Shown here: positions 8,768 through 19,092 of the stretch, one piece after another
Layout of the letters: the number at the start of each line of letters is the position of its first letter
How positions within the stretch are numbered: position 1 is the first letter of the stretch
Assembly: GCA_023150835.1 (NCBI GenBank)
Contig: JAKLKB010000014.1
Span: 1-64,000 of the forward strand
Direction: 5' to 3'
DNA length: 64,000 nt
From: Myxococcota bacterium
GTDB lineage: Bacteria; Myxococcota_C; UBA6777
The notes under the pieces: generated by a model
The model's input: only the letters and a program-made list of their open reading frames with translations
What the model was told of the DNA's origin: nothing
Databases searched by the model: none
Made by a program: the position numbers and the translations under genes

Positions 8768-10417
8768 TCAATCCTCCCGCCGCTTGACCAATGAAGGCGC
8801 GTATCCATCGGGAGGTACGAAGCCCAAAAAGGTCAGAATCGTCGCTGCAACATTCGCTAAACCCGCCGCTTCGATCTGCGCGATCTCATAATGGGCCGAA
8901 CCAACGGGATCAAAGATGTAGAACGGAACGGGGTTGAGTGTGTGACTGGTCTTGCGTTCGGGCTTCCCATCCGCTGTATAGGCGATCTTGCCCTTCTTGT
9001 CGTGCGCAAACATCTCGTCCGCGTTCCCGTGATCCGCTGTCACAAACGCTACACCACCCGCCGCTTTCACCGCCTCCAAGATCCGACCCACGCACAAATC
9101 TACCGCTTCCACCGCAATCACCGCAGCATCCAAAGACCCCGTGTGTCCGACCATATCGCCGTTTGGCAGATTGGCTCGCAAAAATCGATGCCGACCCGCC
9201 ATGATCTCCTCGATCAAGCGATCTGTGATCTCGGCTGCTTTCATCCAAGGCCGTTGCTCAAAAGGCACCCGATCACTCGGGATCTCCACATACGTCTCAT
9301 GCTCTTCCGAAAACTTGCCTGTGCGGTTTCCGTTCCAAAAATACGTGACATGACCAAACTTTTGCGTTTCGCTGATCGCAAACTGCCGCACACCGCTGCG
9401 CACCAGATACTCACTCACGGTCTCGCGGATCGCGGGTGGCTCGACAAGATAACGCATCGGAATACCCAGATCCCCATCGTACTGCATCATCCCTGCAAAA
9501 AACACTTGAGGACGTGGACCCCGCGCAAACTTCGTAAAGTCTTGCTCTTCAAAGACGCGGCATAACTCCATCGCCCGATCACCTCGAAAGTTGAAGATCA
9601 AAAACACATCCCCATCACGCACAGGCCCCACAGCTTGGCCGTCCTCGGCGATCACAAACGGATCGAGATATTGATCGTTGTTGATCCCCCGTGAGCGACT
9701 CGCCTCGATCGCCGCCCGCGCCGTCGGATAGTGCGGACCTTCCCCCAAGATGTGCGTCTTCCAACCACGCTCCACCATCGCCCAATCCGCCTCGTACCGA
9801 TCCATCGTGATCACCATCCGCCCCCCTCCCGAAGCGATCCGATAATCCCGTCCCTGCAACACCATCTCCCGCAACACCCCCTCCAAACGCTCCACATACA
9901 CCAACGCCGAATCTGCCGGAACATCCCGACCATCCAACAAGATATGCACCCGCAACCGTGACACACCCGCCAACGCTGCCCGCCGCAACATCTCATACAA
10001 GTGCTGCTCATGGCTATGCACATTCCCATCCGACAACAAACCCAACAGATGCAGCGTCCCACCCGATCTCGCCCGTTCCATCGCCTCTTTCCACACAACC
10101 CCCTCAAACAAACGACCCGACGTGATCGCCTCTTGCACCAGCCGCGCTCCCTGCGCAAACACCCGCCCCGCCCCAAGAGCGTTATGCCCCACCTCCGAAT
10201 TGCCCATGTCTTCGTCGCTCGGCATCCCCACCGCCAAACCATGCGCACACAACCTCGTCCACTTCCCACGCGCCAACTGATCCAGATGCGGCGTGCGCGC
10301 CAACATCACCGCATTCCCTTCATCTTGCGGCCCGATCGCCACACCATCCATCACCACCAACACCACAGGCCCTTGCGTCAACGGCCCTTGTTTATGCTTC
10401 TTCAACGCCTCGACCAT
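8768..10417 (-). CDS. gpmI: 2,3-bisphosphoglycerate-independent phosphoglycerate mutase
   Basis: VLVVMDG; MGNSEVGHNALGAGR; GLLSDGNVHSH; LDGRD; NFRGDRA; ETQKFGHVTYFWNG; DMVGHTG; TADHGNAD. Confidence 0.96.
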   Translation of the reverse strand: MVEALKKHKQGPLTQGPVVLVVMDGVAIGPQDEGNAVMLARTPHLDQLARGKWTRLCAHGLAVGMPSDEDMGNSEVGHNALGAGRVFAQGARLVQEAITSGRLFEGVVWKEAMERARSGGTLHLLGLLSDGNVHSHEQHLYEMLRRAALAGVSRLRVHILLDGRDVPADSALVYVERLEGVLREMVLQGRDYRIASGGGRMVITMDRYEADWAMVERGWKTHILGEGPHYPTARAAIEASRSRGINNDQYLDPFVIAEDGQAVGPVRDGDVFLIFNFRGDRAMELCRVFEEQDFTKFARGPRPQVFFAGMMQYDGDLGIPMRYLVEPPAIRETVSEYLVRSGVRQFAISETQKFGHVTYFWNGNRTGKFSEEHETYVEIPSDRVPFEQRPWMKAAEITDRLIEEIMAGRHRFLRANLPNGDMVGHTGSLDAAVIAVEAVDLCVGRILEAVKAAGGVAFVTADHGNADEMFAHDKKGKIAYTADGKPERKTSHTLNPVPFYIFDPVGSAHYEIAQIEAAGLANVAATILTFLGFVPPDGYAPSLVKRRED

Positions 10418-10615
10418 CTCACCTCTCCTCTTGTGCGCTCCTTGTCAAAAAGATCATTTTGCGCTTTGATCTCGGTTGATTGACAAAAAAACCGCAGGTT
10501 TCACGACCTCGCAGGGCCGTCGTTTTTGGATATGTACCTTCGCGTACTCTACTGGCTTCTTGCTTAGACAGAAGCCCACTCCCATTCAAAGGCCACCGCG
10601 CAGAAAAGGCAGAAG

Positions 10616-11479
10616 ATGTCCACAAAACCCATCGAACAAGATCCGCAGTACCAAAATCTTCTCGAAAAGCTCGCGCAACTTGATCCCTCCTTTGATCCGC
10701 AGCTTCAGCCAAGCCGCTATTTACAAAACCAACGCTCCTCCGAACAAGAACTGATCGCCAACCTCCAACACAACGATCCGTTGATGCGTGCGGATACTGC
10801 GGAGCTTTTGGGACAACGACAAATCAAGTCTGCTCTCAAACCCCTCAAAGAACTCGCCGAAAAAGATCCTGATGGCTCTGTCCGACAAGCCGCCTCAGTC
10901 GCCGTGATCCGCATCGGCGGTGATCCTCTTCTCGCCGAGATCGCCAAAAATCTCCGACACGAAGATCCCGAAGTCGTCGCACACGCCGCCGTCACCCTCG
11001 GAAAGGTCGGCGATCCCAAGATCGTACCCAACTTGCTCGCCGCCTTCCAAACCGAAGAGCCTCTCGTCGGTTCCGCCATCGCTTGGGCGCTCGGAAGACT
11101 CGGTGATCCCCGTGCGATCTCTTGGCTCGCTGCGGCCCTCGAAAACGGTTTCGTCCCCGCAAATGCCGCCGAAGCCCTCGGACGCATCGGCGATATCGAA
11201 GCCATCCCTATCCTCACGCGCACTCTCCAACACCCCAACGATGACGCTCGCGCCTACGCCGCCCGCGCCCTCGGCTTGATGAAAGAACCTCCCGGACTCA
11301 AAGGCGTCCGCGCCCAAACTTGGCTCCAACGCAAAGAAGAGATGATCGAAGCCCTTCGCCAAGCCCTCGAAGAAGACCCTTCCCGTAAAGTCCGCATCTT
11401 CGCATCCATCGCATTGTTTGAACTCGGTGTCAAACAAGCCGGAAAACACTTCCTCCAACTCCTCAAAGATAACCCCTAA
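10616..11479 (+). CDS. HEAT/PBS-lyase repeat protein
   Basis: Repeated motifs VRQAASVAV, VVAHAAVTLGKVGD, AWALGRLGD, AAEALGRIGD, ARAYAARALG. Confidence 0.85.
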   Translation: MSTKPIEQDPQYQNLLEKLAQLDPSFDPQLQPSRYLQNQRSSEQELIANLQHNDPLMRADTAELLGQRQIKSALKPLKELAEKDPDGSVRQAASVAVIRIGGDPLLAEIAKNLRHEDPEVVAHAAVTLGKVGDPKIVPNLLAAFQTEEPLVGSAIAWALGRLGDPRAISWLAAALENGFVPANAAEALGRIGDIEAIPILTRTLQHPNDDARAYAARALGLMKEPPGLKGVRAQTWLQRKEEMIEALRQALEEDPSRKVRIFASIALFELGVKQAGKHFLQLLKDNP

Positions 11480-11551
11480 CCCACACCTCCTGCGCCTACC
11501 GTCCTCTCGCCCACAACCAACTCTCCCCACAAAGATCCCCCCAACACAGCA

Positions 11552-11908
11552 TCAAAAGTCCCTATTATCCGACGCATCAGACGATTCATCGTCATCTTCG
11601 TCATCGTCCCCGTCTTCTTCGTCCTGTTTTTGACCACCTTGTTCCTGAACCAACTTCGCCGTCCCACCGGCCTCTTGCGAAGAAGGATCGCTCCAAGGCT
11701 CACGGAGCCAAGCCCCACCCTGTCCGTCCCGTAGCAATTGACGGATATCTTGCTCTGCTTGATCCAAACGCTGCCCGCCCTCTCGACACAGCCAAACTCC
11801 CCGCTCAAACAAGCGCAACGATTCTTCGAGGCTATGTTCCCCCTGCTCCAAACGCTCCACCAACGATTCCAACTCCACAAACAACGCTTCCAAACTTTGC
11901 GCCTTCAC
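11552..11908 (-). CDS. xseB: Exodeoxyribonuclease VII small subunit with acidic tail
   Basis: SLEALFVELESLVERLEQGEHSLEESLRLFERGVWLCREGGQRLDQAEQDI. Confidence 0.88.
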   Translation of the reverse strand: MKAQSLEALFVELESLVERLEQGEHSLEESLRLFERGVWLCREGGQRLDQAEQDIRQLLRDGQGGAWLREPWSDPSSQEAGGTAKLVQEQGGQKQDEEDGDDDEDDDESSDASDNRDF

Positions 11909-12160
11909 CCATCACTCCTACTCTCTAAACGCGATCACCCAACTTCCGTATCTGTGGATCACGCAGACACCCTTGAACATCCAAGGACCCGATCACATCA
12001 TCCCATCAATGCGCCTTCTTGTCTGATAAGGCAATCTGCACGCCCCCCAAATGAGGTCGTGCCTCATCAGGCCAAGAACGCTCTCCCCCCCGATCATCGG
12101 CAGTTTGCCTACATGATCCCTCCTCCAACGGGCTGCGGCCCGCATCGTGGAAGGTTTGCT

Positions 12161-14461
12161 GTGCAAAAAAACACACCCTCTCCATCCCATTTCGCCTATT
12201 CTACCGTATCTACCGCGTTTTTCCTTCTGTTCTCTCTCGGCCTACTGCTCGCTTGCGAAACCACCCCAACACGACACAACCCCTCCCCCCTCTCTCTTCA
12301 ACCCGAAGAAAAAATCTTCCGCTTCCAAGGCCCCGGCCACCTCGACCTCCAAGCCGATCACCACCCCGCCCTCGTCTACCGCTTCGAGATATCCGTCGCC
12401 CAAGCCGGACTTTACGCCTTTGAGACACACGGGAAACTCGATACGCTTTGCGCGCTTGTCCACTTCACCCCCACCGAAGAACGCACCCTCTCCGTCAACG
12501 ATATCGGCGGCACAAGCGAAAATTGCAAACTGATCTGGGCTTTACCCAGCGGAACCCACATCTTCAAAGTCCGCACCGATGGAATCGGTCCTTTCCGCGT
12601 CCAACTGGATCGCGTCGCTTGGCAAAAACAAGTCAACGTAACCCTCCGCTCGGGCGGAACCACCGCAGGCCACATCGAAGGCGTCTTCGATCGACACCGC
12701 TTCCGCTTTCACCTCCCCGCCCCTCGGATGATCCAGATCCAAGCCACCGGCGAAGGCAACCTCCAGTGCATCCTTCAAAAAGCAGGAGCCTCTTGGCGGT
12801 ACGACCCCTCCTTCCGCCAGCCTTACGGCTCCTGTGTCCTTGGTCGACTGCTTGAGCCGGGCGAGTACCTCTTTGATCTTCGAAGTGATCAACCCAATAC
12901 ATCTTATAAAATCACCTATCAAAAAGTTCGGATGAGTCCCCTCCAAGCCGGGCAGATCCACGAAGGCTTCCTCCGTGAAGAAACCTTTGACATCTACCAA
13001 CTCGATCTCCCAAAAGACCGATACCACCGCATCCAAAGTCACGGCGCTCTCGCGATCCGCTGCACCCTCGAAGATGAACCCGGACACGTGATCGCCGCCT
13101 CGCATACCCCCGATGCCCCCTGCCTGATCGAAGGCTCCTTTCCCCCAAAACGCTACCTCTTGCGCGTCCGCACCGACAAACCCGCCCAACAAGGCCGCTA
13201 CCAGATCAGTTTCGAGCCACTCCCCTTCACCTCCCTCCCCACACACACACAGCGCGAGTTCCTCCCTCCCTTCCACCAAGCCCTCCAGATCTACCAGATC
13301 CACATCCAAACCCCTCAACTCTATCACTTCTCCATCGACAAACGCTCTGCACATTGCGTACTCTCCGATCAGATCGGACAAAAACCGCCAATCATGGATC
13401 TCTCTGAGTCCGATCAATGCGCCTTTTTTGCCGAACTCGAAACAGGCCGCTACTTCCTCAAAGTCTACCCCCTCGAACGCGAAGAACAACCTTACCAACT
13501 CTCCGTTGCTCCCTATCAGCCCGCGTCAAGCAATCAACTCGAAGACCGAAAACCCCGACTAATCGGCCCTGTCGAACTCGGACACAACAGCGTCTTTTTG
13601 GTCCACGTCCACAAACCACAAACCGTCGTCCTTGAAACTCACGGCTCTCTTGACACTGTCTGCGAACTCTTTCGCGCAGAACTCCCGCTCGATAAACAAA
13701 CTCCCATCGACCGCAACGACGACAAAGGCTCCGCCCACCGCTTTAATTGCCAGATCAGTCGCTTTCTGATGCCCGGGCAATACAAACTTCGTGTGCGTGT
13801 CCAAAGCCAAAAAGGCGGTCGCTTCTGGGTGCAGCGCCGCACCCTCACCGTCCCCCAGATCCGCATCGGACAACCCATCTCCGCCGTATTCAAAGACAAA
13901 CGCAAGCCCCACCGGTACCTCCTCCCTCTCCCCCAACCCACCATCCTTGCCCTTCGCACCGAAAGCGGTATCGACACCGTATGCGATCTCCTCAACAACG
14001 ACGGCGAACACGTCGCAAAAGACGATGACAGCGGCACCGACCAAAACTGTATGCTCACACAGATCCTCCCCGCAGGTTTCTACTCTCTCCAAGTCTCCGT
14101 CCACCGCGAAGTCGGTCCCTACCGCCTCTTTGCAGATACACTTCCCTCCCCCTCCCTCCAACCCAACACACCCCTCGACGGTGCCTTTTATCCACCTTAC
14201 CGAACCAACTACTATACCCTCCAACTCCCCAAAGGTGGGCAGTTTACGATGCGCACCTACGGAAACCAAGACACCCTTTGCGCCCTCTTTAATCCCCAAG
14301 GCAAACTCCTCGCCAAAAACGATGACCGCCCCCACAACGACAAAAATTGCCAGATCACCGAAGTCCTCGCCGCTGGGACTTATTTCCTCCAGATCCGCCT
14401 CCACAATAACGTCAAACCCGAAGGCAATATGCCCTTTCGCGTCGGTCTCACCTCCCCCTAA
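12161..14461 (+). CDS. Lipoprotein with tandem PPC-like beta-sandwich modules
   Basis: Lipobox LLLAC; recurring module (ET/RT)xGxxDTxCxL...NDD...NCxI...LxxGxY; GTG 12161 after ggaagg chosen as start. Confidence 0.65.
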   Translation: MQKNTPSPSHFAYSTVSTAFFLLFSLGLLLACETTPTRHNPSPLSLQPEEKIFRFQGPGHLDLQADHHPALVYRFEISVAQAGLYAFETHGKLDTLCALVHFTPTEERTLSVNDIGGTSENCKLIWALPSGTHIFKVRTDGIGPFRVQLDRVAWQKQVNVTLRSGGTTAGHIEGVFDRHRFRFHLPAPRMIQIQATGEGNLQCILQKAGASWRYDPSFRQPYGSCVLGRLLEPGEYLFDLRSDQPNTSYKITYQKVRMSPLQAGQIHEGFLREETFDIYQLDLPKDRYHRIQSHGALAIRCTLEDEPGHVIAASHTPDAPCLIEGSFPPKRYLLRVRTDKPAQQGRYQISFEPLPFTSLPTHTQREFLPPFHQALQIYQIHIQTPQLYHFSIDKRSAHCVLSDQIGQKPPIMDLSESDQCAFFAELETGRYFLKVYPLEREEQPYQLSVAPYQPASSNQLEDRKPRLIGPVELGHNSVFLVHVHKPQTVVLETHGSLDTVCELFRAELPLDKQTPIDRNDDKGSAHRFNCQISRFLMPGQYKLRVRVQSQKGGRFWVQRRTLTVPQIRIGQPISAVFKDKRKPHRYLLPLPQPTILALRTESGIDTVCDLLNNDGEHVAKDDDSGTDQNCMLTQILPAGFYSLQVSVHREVGPYRLFADTLPSPSLQPNTPLDGAFYPPYRTNYYTLQLPKGGQFTMRTYGNQDTLCALFNPQGKLLAKNDDRPHNDKNCQITEVLAAGTYFLQIRLHNNVKPEGNMPFRVGLTSP

Positions 14462-14560
14462 ACACGCAACGCTCTTTCGCGTCGATCTCACCTCCCCCCA
14501 AACACGCAACGCTCTTTTGCGTCGATCTCACCTCCCCCCAAACACGCAACGCTCTTTTGC
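14441..14560. repeat. Tandem repeat, 3 x 40 bp, overlapping the stop codon of the lipoprotein gene
   Basis: gtcgRtctcacctcccccYaaacacgcaacgctctttYgc at 14441, 14481 and 14521. Confidence 0.95.
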
Positions 14561-14752
14561 TAGACAAATCCCCTCTGCCAGATTATCTTGCGCCCACCTT
14601 GGGCGTACCACAGCGATCTTCCCAAAAAGCACACAACGCTCTTGTGTCCACGCTTTGGCAAAGATAAGCTACCGCTTGTTTGCATACTCATGCACAACCT
14701 TGCGATCGTGCATCCCGCACAAGGTTCCGTCCCACCAAGAGAAGGAACGCTC

Positions 14753-15205
14753 ATGAGCCTCGCAGATCTCGGGAAAAAATTGTTTGAAGCGGCACACCTC
14801 CGCACAAAAAACCTCTGGTCCGAGATCGGCAAAGACCTGCGCGATTCCTCCCTTCAATGGGACAAGATCCGCCAAGAGTTGTTGTCTCAAGGCAGCCAAC
14901 TCGTTCATGATCTCGAACGCGAGCTGCGAACGTGGATTATCGAAGAAGGCCGCAGACAGGGCGTAAGCTGGTCTTATGCCCTCGGACGTGACCCCCGCCT
15001 CGAAGAGTCCTACCGCTTGCTTGACCTCCCCTACGGCACCGAGATGAACAACGTCAAACACCGCTTCCGCGAGCTTCTTAAGCTCCATCACCCCGATCGC
15101 TATATGGCTGATCCCAAAAAATATCAACTCGCGACACGAACTTCACAAACCCTTACAGAAGCCTACCACCATATCCAAAAGGCTTTCGATGAAGGGCGGA
15201 TCTAA
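14753..15205 (+). CDS. Small J-domain (DnaJ-type) protein
   Basis: YRLLDLPYGTEMNNVKHRFRELLKLHHPDRY...LTEAY with intact HPD motif; RBS gaagga. Confidence 0.85.
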   Translation: MSLADLGKKLFEAAHLRTKNLWSEIGKDLRDSSLQWDKIRQELLSQGSQLVHDLERELRTWIIEEGRRQGVSWSYALGRDPRLEESYRLLDLPYGTEMNNVKHRFRELLKLHHPDRYMADPKKYQLATRTSQTLTEAYHHIQKAFDEGRI

Positions 15206-15324
15206 ACACTCCCCGCTGAGACCGACCATCGCGCCACACACGACACTCCGCTCCGCTCGCGCAAGATGAACAAACCTCAGCACCGCATCATATCCAAGGA
15301 CGTCAGAGGAGGCGGCAGAAGCTC

Positions 15325-16812
15325 ATGCCACTGTTGGGCAAGATAGAAGAAGGCACCATCGCACAGCTCCTACAATCCGCATCAAACACACAACAAGACG
15401 CCGTTCTTGTTCTCGACAACCACGACGAACGCGCCACCATACACATCGAAGAAGGCCAAGTCACCCGCATCGATCACCAACACAACCTCGCCACACCCGC
15501 CCTCCAAATCCTTCAAAATTGGTCGCAAGGGCGTTTCCTGCTGTGCCACGCCCACACCCCCGAAGCACGCGCTGCTTCCGTACACTACAACGCCGATATC
15601 TGGCTGCTCGATCTCGATACCACCCGCCGCGATGCTCTCCTCCAATCCATCGAAGAAGCCGGCTATAGCGTCTGCCTCCTGCTCGATCCAGCCCAAGCAC
15701 CCGCCCTGCTCCAACACAACCCTCCCGCCATCGTCTTGCTTGGCGAAGGTCTCGCTCAAAAAGACGAGGCTCTGCTCGCACAACTCGAAGAATCCGCCCT
15801 CAACGACCTTCATCTGTTCCTCCTCGGCCAACAAGAAACCCCTCCCCCTGCACTTCACGCTCACGCAAAAAACTGGTTCGCCTTCCCCTCTCAACGCGAT
15901 GATCTCTTGGATATCATCCGACAAAACCTCCGCAAAGCCCCCGGTATGCAGATCCAACCCTTCGATCCCGCATGGCTCCATCTGCTCAGCGAACTTACCC
16001 CTCCGCTCAAGCCCCAGATGCGCATCCAGATCAACCCCGCACGCTGGCAAGAACTCCAACAAAAAGAGATCCCTCCCCTCTGGCGCGAGTGGCTGCGCTC
16101 CCTTGACAGCCGACAACCTCTCGTTCGATGGCTCAAAAATTATCCCGGTGACCCCCGGCACGCTCGCCTCTCCATGAATATCCTCCTCCAAACCGGCCTG
16201 ATCGAGATCCAAGGACAACCCCACGCTGGTGACGCTCATCTCTCCGAACCCGCCACCATTTCTTCCACCCAGATCGCACCTCACACCACCAAAGGCTCTT
16301 TTGCTTGGCTCAAAGTCATCGTCCTTGGCTTGCGTGGCGACCGACGCGAAGAATACATCCATTCACTCCAACAGATCTCTCAAACCCAAGCCTCCCGCAT
16401 CCCACGCGAACCCACCGTCCAGATCCCTTACCTTCCCAAAACTGAGTACGCCCGCATCCCCCTCCGCCAAGACTCCCTTCTTGTCGTCTATGGCGCAGTC
16501 TCCGAAACCTCCGTCGACTCCATCTTTGAAAAAGTCGGCGTTGACCTCTCCAGTTTCCTGTTCTTCGTCGATATGGAAAACCCCGACGAGGCCGCCCATA
16601 TCCGCGATATCCGACAACGCCTTCTCGCTCGGTACAACATCCCCGACTTGATCATGATCGCCGACTCCCCCAACCTCCAATCCTCCCAGATCCGCGAACA
16701 ACTCCGCCTCTCCCCTCAAACCCCCATCGAACCCGTCAAACAACTTGAACTGAAATCGACTTATAAAATACTAAGAAAACTTCTCCTAAAATCTGTCGTC
16801 TCGCCGAGCTAA
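15325..16812 (+). CDS. DUF4388-domain protein with receiver-like middle region and degenerate small-GTPase-like C-terminal domain
   Basis: N-terminal LLGKIEEGTIAQLLQ...IHIEEGQV...LQNWSQGRF (DUF4388 pattern); C-terminal KVIVLG...YARIPL...LVVYG...FLFFVD. Confidence 0.65.
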   Translation: MPLLGKIEEGTIAQLLQSASNTQQDAVLVLDNHDERATIHIEEGQVTRIDHQHNLATPALQILQNWSQGRFLLCHAHTPEARAASVHYNADIWLLDLDTTRRDALLQSIEEAGYSVCLLLDPAQAPALLQHNPPAIVLLGEGLAQKDEALLAQLEESALNDLHLFLLGQQETPPPALHAHAKNWFAFPSQRDDLLDIIRQNLRKAPGMQIQPFDPAWLHLLSELTPPLKPQMRIQINPARWQELQQKEIPPLWREWLRSLDSRQPLVRWLKNYPGDPRHARLSMNILLQTGLIEIQGQPHAGDAHLSEPATISSTQIAPHTTKGSFAWLKVIVLGLRGDRREEYIHSLQQISQTQASRIPREPTVQIPYLPKTEYARIPLRQDSLLVVYGAVSETSVDSIFEKVGVDLSSFLFFVDMENPDEAAHIRDIRQRLLARYNIPDLIMIADSPNLQSSQIREQLRLSPQTPIEPVKQLELKSTYKILRKLLLKSVVSPS

Positions 16813-16992
16813 CCGCACTTCCCAGCCGAGCCAAGTCTCCGTGCTGCTCGGCTGCTTGCAACAAAATGCTGATCTTTGAAGTCACCATCGAAGCGGGAGC
16901 CCCTGTCACGAAAAAAAGACTCCGCCCTCAAAAACACCCATAGCATACCCTCAACCGCACGAACCTCGTCTCCCAATGCACCGGAGGAAACC

Positions 16993-18999
16993 ATGCACGC
17001 TCCCTCTCCAAAAGAAGGGATCAGGCTTTTCTTTTTGGCCTTCCTTACGCTTTACCTTGAACTGGCCCTGATCCGCTTCACCAGCGCCGAAGTTCTCTAT
17101 CTCGGCTACTTTTCTAACTTCATCTTGATCGCTGTCTTCTTGGGGATCGGCCTTGGGTTTCTCTCTTTTCACCGCGAATGGACCTTTTTTCAATACGTCC
17201 CCCAACTGCTCCTTTTGTTGGTCGCTTTTGTTGTCACAACACATATCGACGCCACCTACTTGCGCGAACATATCGGACAGCTTTTTTTCGGACATCGTGA
17301 AACACCGTTTGACCTTCCTCTGTGGTTCTGCTTACCTTTTTTGTTTCTCTTGGTCGTTTTGATCTTTTTCGGTATTGCCCAAGAAACAGCACGTGTTTTT
17401 CACCTCTTTCGTCCGCTTACTTCTTATTCGATCGATATCGCTGGCAGCCTCGCAGGGATCGCCGCTTTCACCCTCCAATCTGCCCTTGCCCGCCCCCCCT
17501 ACGAATGGTTTTTATTTGCCGCTCTGCTCTTGCTTTTGTTTCGCCCCAAACACTTGCATTGGTTTAATTCCTTCGTCATGGGGGCGGGGCTTATTCTGAT
17601 CGTTTTCGCTTCCTCTCCCAAACACTTTACCCGCTGGTCTCCCTACCAACGCATCGAAGTTTGGGAGATGAAATCCCCCGCCAAAGGTTATCACCTTTCA
17701 GCCAACGGCATCGGTCATCAAACGATGCAACCCGTCGGCACAAAAGAAGCCTTTTACTTTTTTCCTTATAAAAAGCTTCCTCAATTTCATCCCACACAGC
17801 GATACGAAAACGCTCTCATCATCGGCTCTGGCTCGGGAACAGATGTCTCCTATGCCCTCAAACACGGTGTGCGCTCCATCGATGCCGTAGAGATTGATCC
17901 AGAGATCCTTGCCGCAGGAAAACAATTCCATCCCAATCGACCCTATGCCGATCAAAGAGTACGTACTTTTGTCACGGATGGGCGCGCTTTTATGGAAAAA
18001 TCAACGACAACTTACGATCTGATTCTTTTTGCCTTGCCCGATTCTCTTGCGTCACTTTCTAATTTCGCAAATATCCGACTCGAATCATTTCTTTTTACTG
18101 TGAATTCTTTCCAACAAGCCAAGCAAAGGCTTAAACCCAACGGCACACTGGTTCTTTACAATTATTACCGAAAACGATGGCTGATCATCAAGCTCGCCAA
18201 AATGCTTGAGCAAGTCTTCGGGCATCCTCCTGTCGTGGTTCACTACGGGAGCGGACTCGCTGCCTTGGCGATCGGCCCCACACTCCAAGGCAAGCCCATC
18301 CCACCCAAAAGAGTTGACTTGGCAACCGACGACTGGCCCTTTTTGTATATGCAGTACGCGACATTACCTCCTGTTTACCTTCTCATTATGTTCATGTTCG
18401 TCGCTTTCGGCGTTTTTGGAGTCTGGTTGTGCGGTGAGGCCAAACCTTCGCAAGCCAAAGAGTATATGCCTTTTGCTCTGATGGGTGCTGCTTTTCTTTT
18501 GCTCGAAACCAAAAGCATCGTCCAATTTTCTTTGTTGTTTGGCGCAACTTGGCTCGTCAATTCATTGGTCTTTTTTGCGATACTCTCCTCCGTCTTGTTT
18601 GCCAATTTTATCGTTTATAAAATCTCCATCAAACGTTCTTCACTTCTTTTTTTGTTGCTCTTTTCTTCTCTCCTCTTACAATACTTTCTTCCAACTGAAA
18701 CGTTGCTTGCAATTCAACAATTCGAATTGCGCTACGTTTTTGCATCGCTTCTCTTTTTTGCACCGATCTTTTTTGCGAATTTGATCTTTGGCTATTTTTT
18801 CAAAGACACAAAAGTCGGCCCGTTGGCTTTTGGATGGAATATCATCGGCACCATGATCGGTGGTGCCTTCGAATATTCCTCCCTGTTGTTTGGATACAAA
18901 ACACTTACCCTGTGGGTCATCGCGCTTTACCTTGCCTGTTTTGTTTGGCTTTTCTATCACCCCGCGCCTCCCGCTCAACAAGCCGATGCGACTTCTTGA
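16993..18999 (+). CDS. Spermidine-synthase-like SAM-dependent transferase with N- and C-terminal multi-TM domains
   Basis: WSPYQRI; LIIGSGSGTDV; IDAVEIDP; DGRAF; YDLILFALPDS; ATDDWPFLY; GAAFLLLETKS; RBS ggagg. Confidence 0.82.
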   Translation: MHAPSPKEGIRLFFLAFLTLYLELALIRFTSAEVLYLGYFSNFILIAVFLGIGLGFLSFHREWTFFQYVPQLLLLLVAFVVTTHIDATYLREHIGQLFFGHRETPFDLPLWFCLPFLFLLVVLIFFGIAQETARVFHLFRPLTSYSIDIAGSLAGIAAFTLQSALARPPYEWFLFAALLLLLFRPKHLHWFNSFVMGAGLILIVFASSPKHFTRWSPYQRIEVWEMKSPAKGYHLSANGIGHQTMQPVGTKEAFYFFPYKKLPQFHPTQRYENALIIGSGSGTDVSYALKHGVRSIDAVEIDPEILAAGKQFHPNRPYADQRVRTFVTDGRAFMEKSTTTYDLILFALPDSLASLSNFANIRLESFLFTVNSFQQAKQRLKPNGTLVLYNYYRKRWLIIKLAKMLEQVFGHPPVVVHYGSGLAALAIGPTLQGKPIPPKRVDLATDDWPFLYMQYATLPPVYLLIMFMFVAFGVFGVWLCGEAKPSQAKEYMPFALMGAAFLLLETKSIVQFSLLFGATWLVNSLVFFAILSSVLFANFIVYKISIKRSSLLFLLLFSSLLLQYFLPTETLLAIQQFELRYVFASLLFFAPIFFANLIFGYFFKDTKVGPLAFGWNIIGTMIGGAFEYSSLLFGYKTLTLWVIALYLACFVWLFYHPAPPAQQADATS

Positions 19000-19061
19000 G
19001 CAGAGAAAAAATGCGCCTCTCCTCTCAACAAGCCATGCGACTTCTCGATCAGAGAAAAAAT
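18964..19061. repeat. Imperfect tandem duplication, 2 x 49 bp, across a stop codon
   Basis: gcgcctc..ctcaacaagcc(g)atgcgacttct.ga.cagagaaaaaat at 18964 and 19013. Confidence 0.85.
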
Positions 19062-19092
19062 AGCACCGCTGCTTTCTTTGCACGTCAAGACT

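Noticed and set aside
11738-12160. N-terminal extension of the 907-aa ORF
   Set aside because: It overlaps xseB on the opposite strand and precedes the lipoprotein signal peptide.
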